Origin: Fibrobacteria bacterium
GTDB taxonomy: Bacteria; Fibrobacterota; Fibrobacteria; UBA11236
Length of the DNA stretch: 64,000 nt
NCBI GenBank assembly: GCA_043745805.1
Contig: JAYTSD010000043.1
Span: 1-64,000, forward strand
Direction of reading: 5' to 3'
Made by a program: the position numbers and the translations under genes. Below, one piece after another: positions 47,627 through 58,714 of the stretch. The stretch's first letter is position 1. Every line of letters begins with the position of its first letter. The notes under the pieces are model-generated. The model was not told the DNA's origin and did no database searches. It saw nothing but the letters and a program-made list of their open reading frames with translations.

Positions 47627-48325
47627 TTAAAAAACTAAATATTTCTGGATTTTTTCATCGGTAAGCTCGGATGTTTTACCTGAAACGACCATATTTCCAC
47701 GGTCCATAATGTAAAATTCATCACCCAAACGTTGTGCAAATTCCAGGTATTGTTCTACCAAAATGATGGACATTTTACCTTCATTCTTAAGTTTTTGTAA
47801 AACATTTTCGATATCCAAAATAATGGAAGGTTGAATCCCTTCGGTGGGTTCATCTAAAAGTAAAATTTGGGGCTGTCCCACTAAAGCTCGGGCGATGGCG
47901 AGTTGTTGTTGCTGGCCTCCGCTTAAGTTTCCGCCTAACCGATTTTTCATTCCAGCTAAAAAAGGAAACAAGCCATAAATTTCATCTTCAGGTACTTTTT
48001 TTAATCCATCACGGCGTGCTTCTAAACCAATCACTAAGTTTTCATAAATGGTAAGTTTGGGAAAAATTTCTCGACCTTGGGGCACATAAGCAATACCAGA
48101 CTTTGCGCGTTTATCGGGAGATAAAGCATTAATGCTTTTCCCATTTAAAAGAATTTCACCTTCCTTAGCGGGAAGTAAACCTATTAAGGCTTTTAATAAA
48201 GTGGTTTTACCTACTCCATTGCGCCCCATCAATGCGGTGATAGAGCCTTCTTGAAAAACACAATTGACATCACGCAATATTCGGCTTTGTCCATAATAGA
48301 TATCGAGATTTTTGACTTCTAACAT
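47627..48325 (-). CDS. urtE: Urea ABC transporter ATPase
   Basis: GRNGVGKT, YVPQGREIFP, LLDEPTEGIQP. Confidence 0.93.
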   Translation of the reverse strand: MLEVKNLDIYYGQSRILRDVNCVFQEGSITALMGRNGVGKTTLLKALIGLLPAKEGEILLNGKSINALSPDKRAKSGIAYVPQGREIFPKLTIYENLVIGLEARRDGLKKVPEDEIYGLFPFLAGMKNRLGGNLSGGQQQQLAIARALVGQPQILLLDEPTEGIQPSIILDIENVLQKLKNEGKMSIILVEQYLEFAQRLGDEFYIMDRGNMVVSGKTSELTDEKIQKYLVF

Positions 48326-49074
48326 TATGCCTTTTGCGAACGACCTAAATACCGTTCAATCACTTGGGGATCGTTTTGCACCTTATCCATAGGGCCTTCG
48401 ATTAATACTTTGCCTTCGCATAATACGGTAACTTTACGCGCGAGTTGACGAACAAATTCCATATCATGTTCAATCACAATTATGGAATGATGATTGGATA
48501 GCTCTAATAATAGCTCGCCCGTTTTTGCAGTTTCTTCATCAGTCATTCCCGCAGCAGGTTCATCTATGAGTAGTAACTTTGGATCTAAGAGTAATAGCAT
48601 AGCAATTTCTAACCATTGCTTTTGTCCATGAGAAAGTAAACCGGCTTGCCAAGTAAGTCGGTCTTGTAATCCGACTCTTTCTGCGACTTGATAAATTTTA
48701 TCTTTCACGTCGGGTTTTAATTGATAAAACAAAGTGGAGAAAACATTTTTACTCGTTTTGTATGCGAGATACAAATTATCAAAAACCGATAAGCTATGAA
48801 ATACGCTTGGTGTTTGAAATTTACGTCCCACACCGAGTTCCACAATTTCTTGTTCATTCAATTGGGTGAGATCCGATGAACCCATAATCGCAATGCCCAT
48901 AGCGGGTTTGGTTTTACCGCATAGCACATCCATAAACGTAGTTTTACCCGCGCCATTGGGACCAATCACTACGCGTAATTCATTTTCCGCAAGTTCAAAA
49001 TAATTAATATCCAAGGCTTTAAAGCCATCAAAAGAGACGGTTAAATCTTCCACATAAAGTAGGCGTTCGCTCAT
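48325..49074 (-). CDS. urtD: Urea ABC transporter ATPase
   Basis: VSFDGFKAL, GPNGAGKT, GRKFQTP, LSHGQKQWLEI. Confidence 0.93.
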   Translation of the reverse strand: MSERLLYVEDLTVSFDGFKALDINYFELAENELRVVIGPNGAGKTTFMDVLCGKTKPAMGIAIMGSSDLTQLNEQEIVELGVGRKFQTPSVFHSLSVFDNLYLAYKTSKNVFSTLFYQLKPDVKDKIYQVAERVGLQDRLTWQAGLLSHGQKQWLEIAMLLLLDPKLLLIDEPAAGMTDEETAKTGELLLELSNHHSIIVIEHDMEFVRQLARKVTVLCEGKVLIEGPMDKVQNDPQVIERYLGRSQKA

Positions 49075-50144
49075 ACGGCTTTTTTCCTAGTAGAGAGAAG
49101 TTGTTGTATAAGGCCCACAAGTCCTTGGGGGAAAAAGAGCACGACGCCGATAAATAAGAAGCCTAAGAAATAAAGCCAAGTCCCAGGAAAATGTCCGGTT
49201 AAATAACTATAACATAGACTTACTCCTATGGCTCCTCCAATCGCCCCGATTAAATTGCCGCGACCGCCCACGGCTACCCATACAATCATTTCAATAGAGC
49301 TTTTAACGTCCATACGGCCAGGAGTAATGATTCCTGTTTGTGGAACATACAAGATACCTCCAATCGCAGCGAGTATTGCGGCGCAAACAAATACGAAAAC
49401 TTTATATTGGGTAACCGAAAATCCGGTGAAGCGTACGCGTTGTTCGCTATCGCGAATAGCCATGAGCACTTTGCCTAATTTTGAATTCACCATGGCTTGG
49501 CATAAGGTGTAGCAGATAATTAAAGTTGCGGCAGTAAACATATAGAGGCCAAGTTTTACCGAAGGCAAATGCAAATCAAAGCCCAATAAGGTTTTGAAAT
49601 CGGTGAGGCCATTGGTGCCACCGAGCATGGTTTCATTGCGTAAAAAGATCAACCAAGTCGCCAAGGCTAAAGCTTGAGTAATAATGGAAAAGTAAACACC
49701 TTTGATACGGCTGCGAAAAGCAAAATATCCAAATAGAAATGCAAAAAGTGCAGGAAGGAATAAACTTAAACCTAAGGCGACAGGGAAATGCGCAAACGGT
49801 TTCCAAAACCAAGGTAGCTCGGTGATACGATTCCACACCATAAAATCCGGTAAACTACTGCCATAAACACCTTTGCTTCCGGTTTTAAGTAGCATATGCA
49901 TTCCTAATCCATAACCACCTAAACAAAAGAAAAAAGCTTGGCATAAAGAGAGTATGCCAGTATAACCCCAAATCAAATCAATGCCTAGAGCGGCGAGGGC
50001 AAAACAAAAATAGCGGCCCCATAAATTAATTTGCAAATCACTGATAAAGCCTAATTTATTTCCCATAGGAATTAAAATTAAAGCAATTAAAGCCATAATA
50101 ATATGGGAACGATACTGACGTAACACCGAAGGTTCAGTCTTCAT
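49071..50144 (-). CDS. urtC: Urea ABC transporter permease
   Basis: DLIWGYTGILSL, LPDFMVW, GVYFSIITQAL, WVAVGGRG. Confidence 0.93.
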   Translation of the reverse strand: MKTEPSVLRQYRSHIIMALIALILIPMGNKLGFISDLQINLWGRYFCFALAALGIDLIWGYTGILSLCQAFFFCLGGYGLGMHMLLKTGSKGVYGSSLPDFMVWNRITELPWFWKPFAHFPVALGLSLFLPALFAFLFGYFAFRSRIKGVYFSIITQALALATWLIFLRNETMLGGTNGLTDFKTLLGFDLHLPSVKLGLYMFTAATLIICYTLCQAMVNSKLGKVLMAIRDSEQRVRFTGFSVTQYKVFVFVCAAILAAIGGILYVPQTGIITPGRMDVKSSIEMIVWVAVGGRGNLIGAIGGAIGVSLCYSYLTGHFPGTWLYFLGFLFIGVVLFFPQGLVGLIQQLLSTRKKAV

Positions 50145-51882
50145 TGCGGCCTTTGGCAGGAAATAGCCCCGAAGGGCGTATTTGTAAAAATAAAATCACG
50201 AGTACTAAAAGTAGCACTTTAGCATATACTGCTTGAAAAGCGGGCTCTAAAAATTTATTGAGTAGGCCAATGCCCAAACCGGAGATAACCGTGCCTGCAA
50301 GCTTACCCACGCCGCCGGTAACGACTACCATAAAAGAATCTACGATATAGTTTTGGCCCATGCCTGGGTCCACATTACCAATCAAGGTTAAGGCACAGCC
50401 GGCAATGCCCGCTATTCCTGTTCCTAAGGCAAATGTCATGGCATCAATTTTACGGGTGGCTATTCCTAAGCAGGAACTCATGGGACGATTTTGGGTTACC
50501 GCTCTAATTTTAATACCCATGCGAGTGCGATAGAAAACCCAAGTCATGGCTAAAACGATAACAACAGTTAATAACACAATAAATATTCGATTGAAGGGTA
50601 ATACGACCTGAGGAAAAATTTCCCAACCTTGACTTAAAAAATGAGGGGTGGTAACTGCGGTTAAATCACCAAAAATTTGGCGAGCAATTTGCACAAAAAT
50701 CAAACTAATACCCCAAGTGGCCAACAGGGTTTCTAAAGGACGTCCATATAATCTTTTGATAATAAGTGTTTCTACTACAAAGCCAATAGATCCGGCACAA
50801 ATAAAAGCAAAGGGAAAGGAAAAAGCAAAAAAATATCCAAAATATTGTTCCGGTAGATAATGATGAAAAAAGTTTTGCATCAAATAAGTGGCATAAGCGC
50901 CGATCATCATAAACTCCCCATGTGCCATATTAATCACGCCCATCAAGCCGAAAATAATCGCTAAGCCTAAAGCCATGAGAATAAGAATAGATCCTAAGCT
51001 GATCCCTGTAAAAATAAGTTGAATAAAACCGGTGATACGGTTCCAGCCATCAATGGCGCGTACCGCAGCTACAATGGCTACGCGTACATTGGCATCCGCT
51101 TCTAAAAAATGTCCTGAGGCATCGGGAGTAATTTTCGCATTAAGTTCTGACAAAACATTTTGGGCATGGATTTTACCTAAGACATTGGCTGCCATAATTC
51201 TTTTATTAGCATCGGGCGAAAGCATTTGTAAACGCGCAATGCCTTCCTGTAACAATAAGGTTACGCTTTTATTTTTTTCTATGGCGAGGGCCCGTTCTAG
51301 TTTACCCATTTGTAAGGTGTCTCCCGAAGCGCTAACATTTTGCGCGGCATTTTTTCTTTTTTCGATTTCCGGACTTTTCAAATCCCAAGCAGTTAAAAGG
51401 GGTTGCAATAATGAGCGCATTTCGCGATCGGTTTCGAATTCAGCTAAGTCACTTGAGCCAACAAATAAAAGAGCTCCCGCTGAATCTTTTAAAGGTTGAA
51501 AAGGATAAGGTTTGAATAACTGCATGATTTGACTGCCATTACTCTCCATTTCAGGGCCGGCAATAACCAATTGAGAATCAATTCCGTAATGATAAATATT
51601 GCCTTTAAACATGGCCTCAAAAAGCGGATGGAGTTCATCCTCATCATGTAAAGCTAATTCATGTAAGGCTTGGCTTTTAAAATTTTCCATATTTAAAAAA
51701 GCAACGAGCTTTTCTGTTTTCTCCGCAGCAGTGGGTAAGTTATTTAACGCAGACTGAAAAGCCATTGCAGAAGAATCGGCGGTTTCTATAACCTCACCGG
51801 TTGTTTCGCAAGTGCCATAACCTTGCAGAGACAGTATCGCAAAAGTTACCCCCAAAAGGGCCGTATAAATTTTTTTAAGCAT
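50134..51882 (-). CDS. urtB: Urea ABC transporter permease with N-terminal HEAT-like periplasmic extension
   Basis: GLMGVINMAHGEF, RPLETLLATWG, YIVDSFMVVV.GGVG. Confidence 0.92.
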   Translation of the reverse strand: MLKKIYTALLGVTFAILSLQGYGTCETTGEVIETADSSAMAFQSALNNLPTAAEKTEKLVAFLNMENFKSQALHELALHDEDELHPLFEAMFKGNIYHYGIDSQLVIAGPEMESNGSQIMQLFKPYPFQPLKDSAGALLFVGSSDLAEFETDREMRSLLQPLLTAWDLKSPEIEKRKNAAQNVSASGDTLQMGKLERALAIEKNKSVTLLLQEGIARLQMLSPDANKRIMAANVLGKIHAQNVLSELNAKITPDASGHFLEADANVRVAIVAAVRAIDGWNRITGFIQLIFTGISLGSILILMALGLAIIFGLMGVINMAHGEFMMIGAYATYLMQNFFHHYLPEQYFGYFFAFSFPFAFICAGSIGFVVETLIIKRLYGRPLETLLATWGISLIFVQIARQIFGDLTAVTTPHFLSQGWEIFPQVVLPFNRIFIVLLTVVIVLAMTWVFYRTRMGIKIRAVTQNRPMSSCLGIATRKIDAMTFALGTGIAGIAGCALTLIGNVDPGMGQNYIVDSFMVVVTGGVGKLAGTVISGLGIGLLNKFLEPAFQAVYAKVLLLVLVILFLQIRPSGLFPAKGRNED

Positions 51883-51908
51883 AGATATTCAAGCAGGGAA
51901 AAAGTGAA

Positions 51909-51931
51909 GCCTCCCTTAAAACAAGGGAGGC
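51909..51931 (-). terminator. Intergenic hairpin after urtA (mRNA stabiliser or attenuator)
   Basis: GCCTCCCTT-AAAAC-AAGGGAGGC. Confidence 0.6.
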
Positions 51932-51951
51932 GGTAACACTTAGGGTGTCAA

Positions 51952-53241
51952 TTATTTTTTAGTAAAAGTCCCATCATGATCTACATGATCGCAACCTTTG
52001 TCGGCACTGGTATATATGGACCAAGGTTCTGGAGTGACTAAGCCTTTGCTTTTCCAAACCACTTTGAATTGTCCGTCTTTTTTAATTTCACCAATGAGCA
52101 CGGGTTTGTGTAAGTGATGATTACGTTCATCCATACTTACTTCGCCACCTGGAGCTTTGAATTTCATACCATAGGCTGCTTTGCGGACTTTATCTACATC
52201 AAAAGATTTTGCCTTTGCTGCAGCGAGCGCCCAAATGTTTACGCTAATATAAGCGGCTTCCATCGGGTCGTCGGTAACGCGTTTGTCGGCTTCTGGCAAT
52301 TTATTTTTTTTAGCAAAAGCTTGGAAATTTTTTACGAACTGTGCGTTTTGTGGTGTTTTTACTGATTGATAATAATTCCAAGCAGCCAAATGACCTACTA
52401 AGTACTGTGTATCCATAGAACGCAATTCATCTTCAGCAACTGAGAAAGCCATAATCGGGCATTGTGCAGAAGTTAAACCTTGATTCGCAAACTCTTTATA
52501 GAAAGGAACATTGGAGTCACCATTAATGGTAGAAAGTACACAAGCTTTTCCGCCTGCTGCAAAGGTTTTAACTTTTTGCACAATGGTTTGGTAATCTTGA
52601 TGATGGAACGGAGTGTATTCTTCCATGATGTTTGCTTCGGGAACGCCTTTAGCTAACAAAAATGCTTTTAAGATTTTGTTTGCAGTGCGAGGGAAAACAT
52701 AATCCGTTCCTAATAAATAGAACTTCTTATACTCGCCACCTTCTTTGCTCATCATATATTCTGCTGCAGGAATTAATTGTTGATTAGGAGTTGCGCCAGT
52801 GTAGAAAACATTTTTTGAACATTCTTCGCCTTCATATTGTACAGGGTAAAAAAGTAAGGCATTATTGCCTTCGTATACCGGCAAAACAGATTTGCGTGAT
52901 ACGGAAGTCCAGCAACCAAAGGTTACGGCTACTTTATCAGTAAGTACAAGTTGCTTAGCTTTTTCGGCAAACAAATCCCAATCGGATGCAGGGTCAACGA
53001 CTACAGTTTCAATTTTTTTTCCGTTTACACCGCCTTTGGCATTGAGTTCTTCAACGGCCATTGTAACTACATCTTTGAGTGAAACTTCGGAAATAGCCAT
53101 AGTGCCGCTTAGCGAATGTAATATGCCTACTTTAACCGTTTCTGCTGTTTGTGCATAATGAGCTGAAATACCTAATGCTAAAGCGGCGACGCCGAGGCCA
53201 CGAATAAAAGTTTTGTGATTCATTTTGTAGAACAATCCCAT
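51952..53241 (-). CDS. urtA: Urea ABC transporter substrate-binding protein
   Basis: VGILHSLSGTMAISE, FGCWTSVSRKSV, YPVQYEG, GTDYVFPRT, TINGDSN. Confidence 0.95.
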   Translation of the reverse strand: MGLFYKMNHKTFIRGLGVAALALGISAHYAQTAETVKVGILHSLSGTMAISEVSLKDVVTMAVEELNAKGGVNGKKIETVVVDPASDWDLFAEKAKQLVLTDKVAVTFGCWTSVSRKSVLPVYEGNNALLFYPVQYEGEECSKNVFYTGATPNQQLIPAAEYMMSKEGGEYKKFYLLGTDYVFPRTANKILKAFLLAKGVPEANIMEEYTPFHHQDYQTIVQKVKTFAAGGKACVLSTINGDSNVPFYKEFANQGLTSAQCPIMAFSVAEDELRSMDTQYLVGHLAAWNYYQSVKTPQNAQFVKNFQAFAKKNKLPEADKRVTDDPMEAAYISVNIWALAAAKAKSFDVDKVRKAAYGMKFKAPGGEVSMDERNHHLHKPVLIGEIKKDGQFKVVWKSKGLVTPEPWSIYTSADKGCDHVDHDGTFTKK

Positions 53242-53348
53242 AGGGCTATCTCCTTGATGATGTGAGTGGAAAAATTATTAAGAATGCTTGATTATTCTTA
53301 ACAATACTTGAGTCTCAGCGAATGCATTTGACTTGTAAAATAAGTTTT

Positions 53349-53364
53349 AGCAATTTAAATGCCA
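53349..53364 (-). promoter_or_regulatory. sigma-54 promoter of urtABCDE
   Basis: Minus strand TGGCATTTAAATTGCT, near consensus. Confidence 0.8.
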
Positions 53365-53423
53365 TGTCGGCATATTAAGCAATATGAAATACTAATTCCC
53401 GAATAGGATATGCTTTATGGCAT

Positions 53424-53439
53424 TGGAATGAGGTTTGCA
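53424..53439 (+). promoter_or_regulatory. Possible sigma-54 promoter of the urease operon
   Basis: TGGAATGAGGTTTGCA (GG-N10-GC), a weaker match. Confidence 0.4.
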
Positions 53440-53562
53440 TCCATCAATAAGCAAAATAAAAAAATATTGTTTATAAGTTTTTTTTATTAATGTTCAAATT
53501 AAGAGTTAAAGAACTGACACTTTAATAAGTATTTGGAATAAATTGGAAAATTTATTTCCAAT

Positions 53563-53590
53563 AATTGACAAGTATGATTATTTGTCAATT
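53563..53590. promoter_or_regulatory. Palindromic candidate activator site
   Basis: AATTGACAA-N10-TTGTCAATT (core TGACA-N12-TGTCA at 53566-53587). Confidence 0.65.
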
Positions 53591-53637
53591 GTTTTTTGGA
53601 ATAGACATAAGATGGTTATCAAGAAAGTTTTATTATT

Positions 53638-54477
53638 GTGCACATGGGTGATCAACTGCAAAATTGTTTAGAAGTGGCCAATTATCAAAATGTTTCGCAT
53701 CTAATCAAATCTTTCCAAGTACCACCGATTAAGTTTATCAATCCTAAGGCTATAAAGGGTTGTTGCCAAGTTTTTATTTCCAATTATGGCGGTGGAATGG
53801 TGGCAGGCGATGATGTACAAATCGATATTAATTGTTTGCCAGCGACAAAACTTTTTTTAGGAACGCAAAGCCACACAAAAATTTACAAATGTGAACAGAA
53901 GCAAATTTGTTCACAAAAAATAACCGGCTCAGTGCATGCCGACGCTATGGTAGTTTTTTTACCAGATCCCTTGTTGCCCTTTGCTAAAAGTCGTTTTCGG
54001 CAAAATCAAGAATGGCAAGTCGATGGGTCAGGAAATTTACTTTTATTGGATTGGATTTATGCCGGACGTTTGAGCCGAAATGAGGTTTTTGCTTATTCCG
54101 AATTGTTTTCGGAGTTAAAAATTTGGCGCGGAAACCGATTGCTTATACTGGAAAAATTGGCATCAAAGCCATCGCTCGACAATCCATTTTTTGCCGGACG
54201 ATTTGGATCTTATACGCTTTCAGTTAATATTTATGCGGTGGGAAGCAAGGTGAATGATTTATTGCAAAAAGTTTTTTTGGATTCGAAACTGCAATCGCAA
54301 GCTTTTGAAAAGGCACAGGAATGCGTGGCCACTTACAGTTTGTGTGAACGGGATGTGGGTATTGTAAAAATTATGAGTAAAAGTCGCGAAGCGATTTGGC
54401 CTTGCATGCAATTATTACATGAGGCTTTGGCACAGCCAGAAATTTTATCTTTCAATCCCATGGCACGAAAATATTGA
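53638..54477 (+). CDS. ureD: Urease accessory protein UreD
   Basis: YGGGMVAGD, TQSHTKIYK, LPDPLLPF, LLDWIYAGR. Confidence 0.9.
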   Translation: MHMGDQLQNCLEVANYQNVSHLIKSFQVPPIKFINPKAIKGCCQVFISNYGGGMVAGDDVQIDINCLPATKLFLGTQSHTKIYKCEQKQICSQKITGSVHADAMVVFLPDPLLPFAKSRFRQNQEWQVDGSGNLLLLDWIYAGRLSRNEVFAYSELFSELKIWRGNRLLILEKLASKPSLDNPFFAGRFGSYTLSVNIYAVGSKVNDLLQKVFLDSKLQSQAFEKAQECVATYSLCERDVGIVKIMSKSREAIWPCMQLLHEALAQPEILSFNPMARKY

Positions 54478-54533
54478 TCGAAAGTATTAATCAATTTTAT
54501 TAATTAAATAAATATAAAGAATTAAGGAGGCCG

Positions 54534-55301
54534 ATGCATCTTTCACCAAGAGATATTGATAAGCTGATGTTACATCAAGCCGGTGCTTTAGCACAAAAGC
54601 GCTATGCGCGAGGATTACAACTTAATTATGCGGAATCGGTGGCTTTAATTGCCGCGCAATTATTGGAATTTATTCGTGATGGGGAATCGGTAGCTACGCT
54701 CATGGATAAAGGCAAACGTTTGCTTGGCTTTATCGATGTATTACCTGGGGTTGCCGAAATGGTTGAGGAAGTGCAAATTGAAGGTACTTTTCCCGATGGG
54801 ACAAAGCTAGTTACGGTGCATCATCCTATTTGTGCAGCTCAAGGTCAGGAGGCTTTGGCTTTATATGCTTCGGGCTTGAAAAGGATCTCAATCCCTGCAG
54901 CGCATACCGCAAAAAATAAAATCGTGCCGGGTGAATATTTATTAGCCGAAGGGGATATTGCTTTAAATGTGGGCCGTGAGATTTTACAGGTTACGGTAAC
55001 TAATGTTGGAGATAGACCCATTCAAGTGGGTTCGCATTATCCTTTTTTTGAAACCAATGCCGCTTTAAAATTTGATCGCGAAAAAGCCTTTAGCTTTCGT
55101 TTAAATATTCCTAGTGGCACCGCCGTTCGTTTTGAGCCGGGTGAAACTAAAACCGTGGAATTAGTGGCTTTTGCCGGAGAAAGAAAAGTTTATGGTGGCA
55201 ATGCTTTAATAAGCGGTGCTTTAGATGATGCAATGGTTAAGATACAGGCACTTAAAAAGGCATCGCAAGAGGGATTTATGACTAAGGGAGAAATCGTATG
55301 A
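54534..55301 (+). CDS. ureAB: Fused urease gamma/beta subunit
   Basis: Gamma part ([11 protein letters not shown]...[14 protein letters not shown]) joined to beta part ([26 protein letters not shown]). Confidence 0.95.
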   Translation: MHLSPRDIDKLMLHQAGALAQKRYARGLQLNYAESVALIAAQLLEFIRDGESVATLMDKGKRLLGFIDVLPGVAEMVEEVQIEGTFPDGTKLVTVHHPICAAQGQEALALYASGLKRISIPAAHTAKNKIVPGEYLLAEGDIALNVGREILQVTVTNVGDRPIQVGSHYPFFETNAALKFDREKAFSFRLNIPSGTAVRFEPGETKTVELVAFAGERKVYGGNALISGALDDAMVKIQALKKASQEGFMTKGEIV

Positions 55302-57016
55302 GCCGTAAAATTCAAAGACAAGCTTATGCGGATATGTATGGTCCTACGGTAGGGGATAGAATTCGTTTAGGGGATACCGCCTTAATTGTGGAAGTGGAGA
55401 AAGATTTTACCATATATGGCGAAGAGTGTAAATTCGGTGGAGGCAAAGTACTTCGAGATGGAATGGGGCAGGCGGCAGGGATTCCACAGGTGCAGGCTTT
55501 GGACTTACTCATAACCAATGCTTTAATTATCGATTATACGGGAATTTATAAAGCCGATATTGGTATCAAGAATGGACGTATTTGTGGTATTGGTAAAGCA
55601 GGTAACCCACATATCATGCCAAGCATAAATGCAAATCTAATTGTGGGTGTAACTACAGAAGTGATTGCCGGAGAAGGCCATATTGTTACGGCGGGTGCCA
55701 TTGACACCCATATTCATTTTATTTGCCCGCAACAAATTGAAGAAGCTTTAGCTTCGGGCGTAACCACTTTTGTAGGGGGAGGTACCGGTCCTGCTACGGG
55801 CACCAATGCCACCACTTGCACGCCAGGTGCTTTTTATATTGAAGCTATGTTACGTGCTGTGGAAGCTTATCCTATGAATTTTGGATTCTTGGGTAAAGGC
55901 AATTCGGCTTTGCCACAGGGCTTAATAGAACAAATTGAGGCCGGAGCTATTGGATTAAAATTGCATGAAGATTGGGGTACCACGCCTGCTACTATCGATT
56001 GTTGTTTGGATATCGCTGAAAAATATGACGTGCAAGTCGCGATTCACACCGATACTCTTAATGAAAGTGGTTTTGTAGAAACCACTATTGCGGCTTTTAA
56101 AGGACGTACCATTCATACCTTTCATACCGAAGGAGCAGGGGGTGGGCATGCTCCTGATATCCTTACGGTTTGTGGATTAGAAAATGTATTACCATCTTCT
56201 ACTAATCCGACAAGACCCTATACAGTCAATACTTTGGATGAACATTTGGATATGCTGATGGTGTGCCACCATTTGGATAAAAACATTCCTGAGGATGTGG
56301 CTTTTGCGGAAAGTCGTATACGCGGTGAAACTATTGCAGCGGAAGATATTTTGCATGATATGGGTGCTATTTCCATGATGTCTTCGGATTCGCAAGCTAT
56401 GGGTAGAGTAGGGGAAGTGGTGACACGCACTTGGCAAACCGCGCATAAAATGAAAACGCAAAGAGGATTATTAGCGGAGGATCAAAGTTCGGTTTTAGCA
56501 ACGGATAATTTTCGGGTGAAGCGTTATATCGCCAAATACACTATTAATCCTGCCATAGCCCATGGCATGTCCGAAGAAATAGGTTCGGTAGAAGTGGGCA
56601 AGTTGGCGGATTTAGTTTTATGGAAGCCTGCTTTTTTTGGTATTCGCCCAGAAATTATTCTTAAAGGCGGTTTCATTGCGCAAGCGCAAATGGGTGATCC
56701 TAATGCTTCCATTCCTACGCCGCAACCTTATTATTCTCGGCCGATGTTTGGATCCAAAGGCTCTGCGGTGGGTTCGCATTCTATCGCTTTTGTTTCACAA
56801 GCGGGTTTAAAACAAGCTTCAACGTACGGATTGCGCAAAAAACTTGTGGCTGTGAAAAACTGTCGTAATATCAATAAAAAATCCATGAAGCTCAATGATT
56901 ATACGCCGAATATTAGTGTAGATCCCGAAACCTATGCGGTCAAAGTGGAAGGCCAAGTGATTACTTGTGAGCCTGCTTCGTCCTTACCTTTATGTCGATT
57001 ATTCACTTTGTTTTAA
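55298..57016 (+). CDS. ureC: Urease alpha subunit
   Basis: [45 protein letters not shown]; all Ni ligands present. Confidence 0.98.
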   Translation: MSRKIQRQAYADMYGPTVGDRIRLGDTALIVEVEKDFTIYGEECKFGGGKVLRDGMGQAAGIPQVQALDLLITNALIIDYTGIYKADIGIKNGRICGIGKAGNPHIMPSINANLIVGVTTEVIAGEGHIVTAGAIDTHIHFICPQQIEEALASGVTTFVGGGTGPATGTNATTCTPGAFYIEAMLRAVEAYPMNFGFLGKGNSALPQGLIEQIEAGAIGLKLHEDWGTTPATIDCCLDIAEKYDVQVAIHTDTLNESGFVETTIAAFKGRTIHTFHTEGAGGGHAPDILTVCGLENVLPSSTNPTRPYTVNTLDEHLDMLMVCHHLDKNIPEDVAFAESRIRGETIAAEDILHDMGAISMMSSDSQAMGRVGEVVTRTWQTAHKMKTQRGLLAEDQSSVLATDNFRVKRYIAKYTINPAIAHGMSEEIGSVEVGKLADLVLWKPAFFGIRPEIILKGGFIAQAQMGDPNASIPTPQPYYSRPMFGSKGSAVGSHSIAFVSQAGLKQASTYGLRKKLVAVKNCRNINKKSMKLNDYTPNISVDPETYAVKVEGQVITCEPASSLPLCRLFTLF

Positions 57017-57017
57017 T

Positions 57018-57722
57018 ATGGATTTATATGCCTTATTGCAATTAGCTGATACGGCCTGGCCTACCGGAGGCTTTGCCTTTTCGCAAGGACTTGAAAGTCA
57101 CGCTCGCTTGGGTTTGATCGCTGATGAAAAAACTTTTACCGAGTATCTTGACAGTTACCTTGGTCAAGTCGCTTCCCATGAACTGCCTTTTTTAAATTCG
57201 GCTTTTCAATTTTGTTTTTTACAAAATGAAGCTCAAAAAAAAGAGTTTAAAAATCTTGCGGAAGAATGGAACGCGAGCTTAACCGCAGCTCCAATAAAAA
57301 AAGCGAGTATCACCCAAGGTAAAGCTTGGTTAAGATTAGTGGAAGCCGTTTATCCCACATTTTCCGTCCAATCTTTTTTATCAGCGCTCACTATTTCACG
57401 CCGCTTAACAAACTTTAATATCCCACCTCATTTTTTATTGGTTTATGCTTGGGTGATGAAGTCCTTAGCTTGTGATTTGGAAACTGCGCAAACATTATTT
57501 TTTCATTTAGCATTACGGGATCAAATGAGTGCCGCCATTCGCTTAGGGCTTTTAGGCCCATTACAAGCACAAACCCTACAAATCAAATTACAAAAATGTT
57601 GCCGAGTGTATCGAGAGCGATACGGTAACCTGGATTATACCCAAGCGCAAAGAACTGCCCCTTTAATAGATATTGGGCAAAGTTATTCTCCACAACTTTA
57701 TTCTCGTCTTTTTCAAAATTAA
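57018..57722 (+). CDS. ureF: Urease accessory protein UreF
   Basis: Start revised to ATG 57018; [35 protein letters not shown]. Confidence 0.92.
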   Translation: MDLYALLQLADTAWPTGGFAFSQGLESHARLGLIADEKTFTEYLDSYLGQVASHELPFLNSAFQFCFLQNEAQKKEFKNLAEEWNASLTAAPIKKASITQGKAWLRLVEAVYPTFSVQSFLSALTISRRLTNFNIPPHFLLVYAWVMKSLACDLETAQTLFFHLALRDQMSAAIRLGLLGPLQAQTLQIKLQKCCRVYRERYGNLDYTQAQRTAPLIDIGQSYSPQLYSRLFQN

Positions 57723-57742
57723 TTCGCGAAGCAAGGAACTTA

Positions 57743-58552
57743 ATGTCAGAATCTCATTCCCATCCAGCAAATGAATCTCCTAAATCAAATGATCCGAAAT
57801 TCAAAAAAATAGATTCCACTCCCCTGCATACCCATAGTCATGGGATGATAGGTCACGGTCATACGCATGAACCTATGGACTCGCCTGGTGAATATCGCTT
57901 ACGTGAACTGATTAAAACCGATAGAGATTTTGTTAAAAGGGCCTTCACCATTGGAATTGGTGGACCCGTAGGTTCAGGTAAAACGGCTTTATTAAAGTCT
58001 CTCTGCGAAAGCCTAAGAGACAAGTATCGTTTGGGTGTAGTTACTAATGATATTTTTACGCGTGAAGACGGTGAGTTTTTGATTCGACATAAAGCGTTAA
58101 CTCAGGATCGAATTTTAGCCGTTGAAACGGGAGGCTGTCCGCATGCGGCTATACGCGAAGATGTGAGTGCGAATATGTCGGCTTTGGAAGAATTGATGGA
58201 GCGCTTTAATGGGGAATTGGATTTGTTATTTGTTGAGAGTGGTGGCGATAATTTAGCGGCGCATTTTGGTAAAGAATTAGCAGACTATACTATTTATGTG
58301 ATTGATGTGTCGGGTGGGGATAAAATTCCCCGTAAGGGTGGGCCGGGAATTACCCAAAGTGATTTATTGATTATCAACAAGACCGATTTGGCGCTTCTTG
58401 TTGGAGCTGATCTGTTGGTTATGGATAGAGATGCTAAAAAAATGCGTGGGGAAGGGCCGTTTCTATTCTGTAGAGTTAAGGACATGGTGGGTGTGCCGGA
58501 AATTATTGGGCATATTGAACAGGCTTGGAAGGAAGCCGTAAAAAGGGTTTGA
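57743..58552 (+). CDS. ureG: Urease accessory GTPase UreG with His-rich N-terminal extension
   Basis: [28 protein letters not shown]-terminal [15 protein letters not shown]. Confidence 0.95.
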   Translation: MSESHSHPANESPKSNDPKFKKIDSTPLHTHSHGMIGHGHTHEPMDSPGEYRLRELIKTDRDFVKRAFTIGIGGPVGSGKTALLKSLCESLRDKYRLGVVTNDIFTREDGEFLIRHKALTQDRILAVETGGCPHAAIREDVSANMSALEELMERFNGELDLLFVESGGDNLAAHFGKELADYTIYVIDVSGGDKIPRKGGPGITQSDLLIINKTDLALLVGADLLVMDRDAKKMRGEGPFLFCRVKDMVGVPEIIGHIEQAWKEAVKRV

Positions 58553-58567
58553 ATTCTGTCATAAAAA

Positions 58568-58589
58568 TGACAATGACTAATATTTGTCA
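58568..58589. promoter_or_regulatory. Palindromic candidate activator site TGACA-N12-TGTCA
   Basis: TGACAATGACTAATATTTGTCA, about 130 bp upstream of a sigma-54-like site. Confidence 0.6.
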
Positions 58590-58714
58590 ATTATATGTTA
58601 ATAAGTGTCATGACGATGTCTTTTTGTTAACAAATATTTCACCTTAAGTATCTAATTTGGCATTAAAATCCGTTAATTTCACCAAATTTAAAGAGAGATT
58701 TGAAAAACAGGTTC

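Noticed and set aside
51000-51882. UrtB N-terminal HEAT-like extension as a novel fusion
   Set aside because: Long periplasmic extensions are already known in many UrtB proteins.
58557-58572. TGTCA-N6-TGACA as a GlnR/TnrA box
   Set aside because: The spacer is 6 nt rather than 7 and the arrangement does not recur at the other nitrogen promoters.
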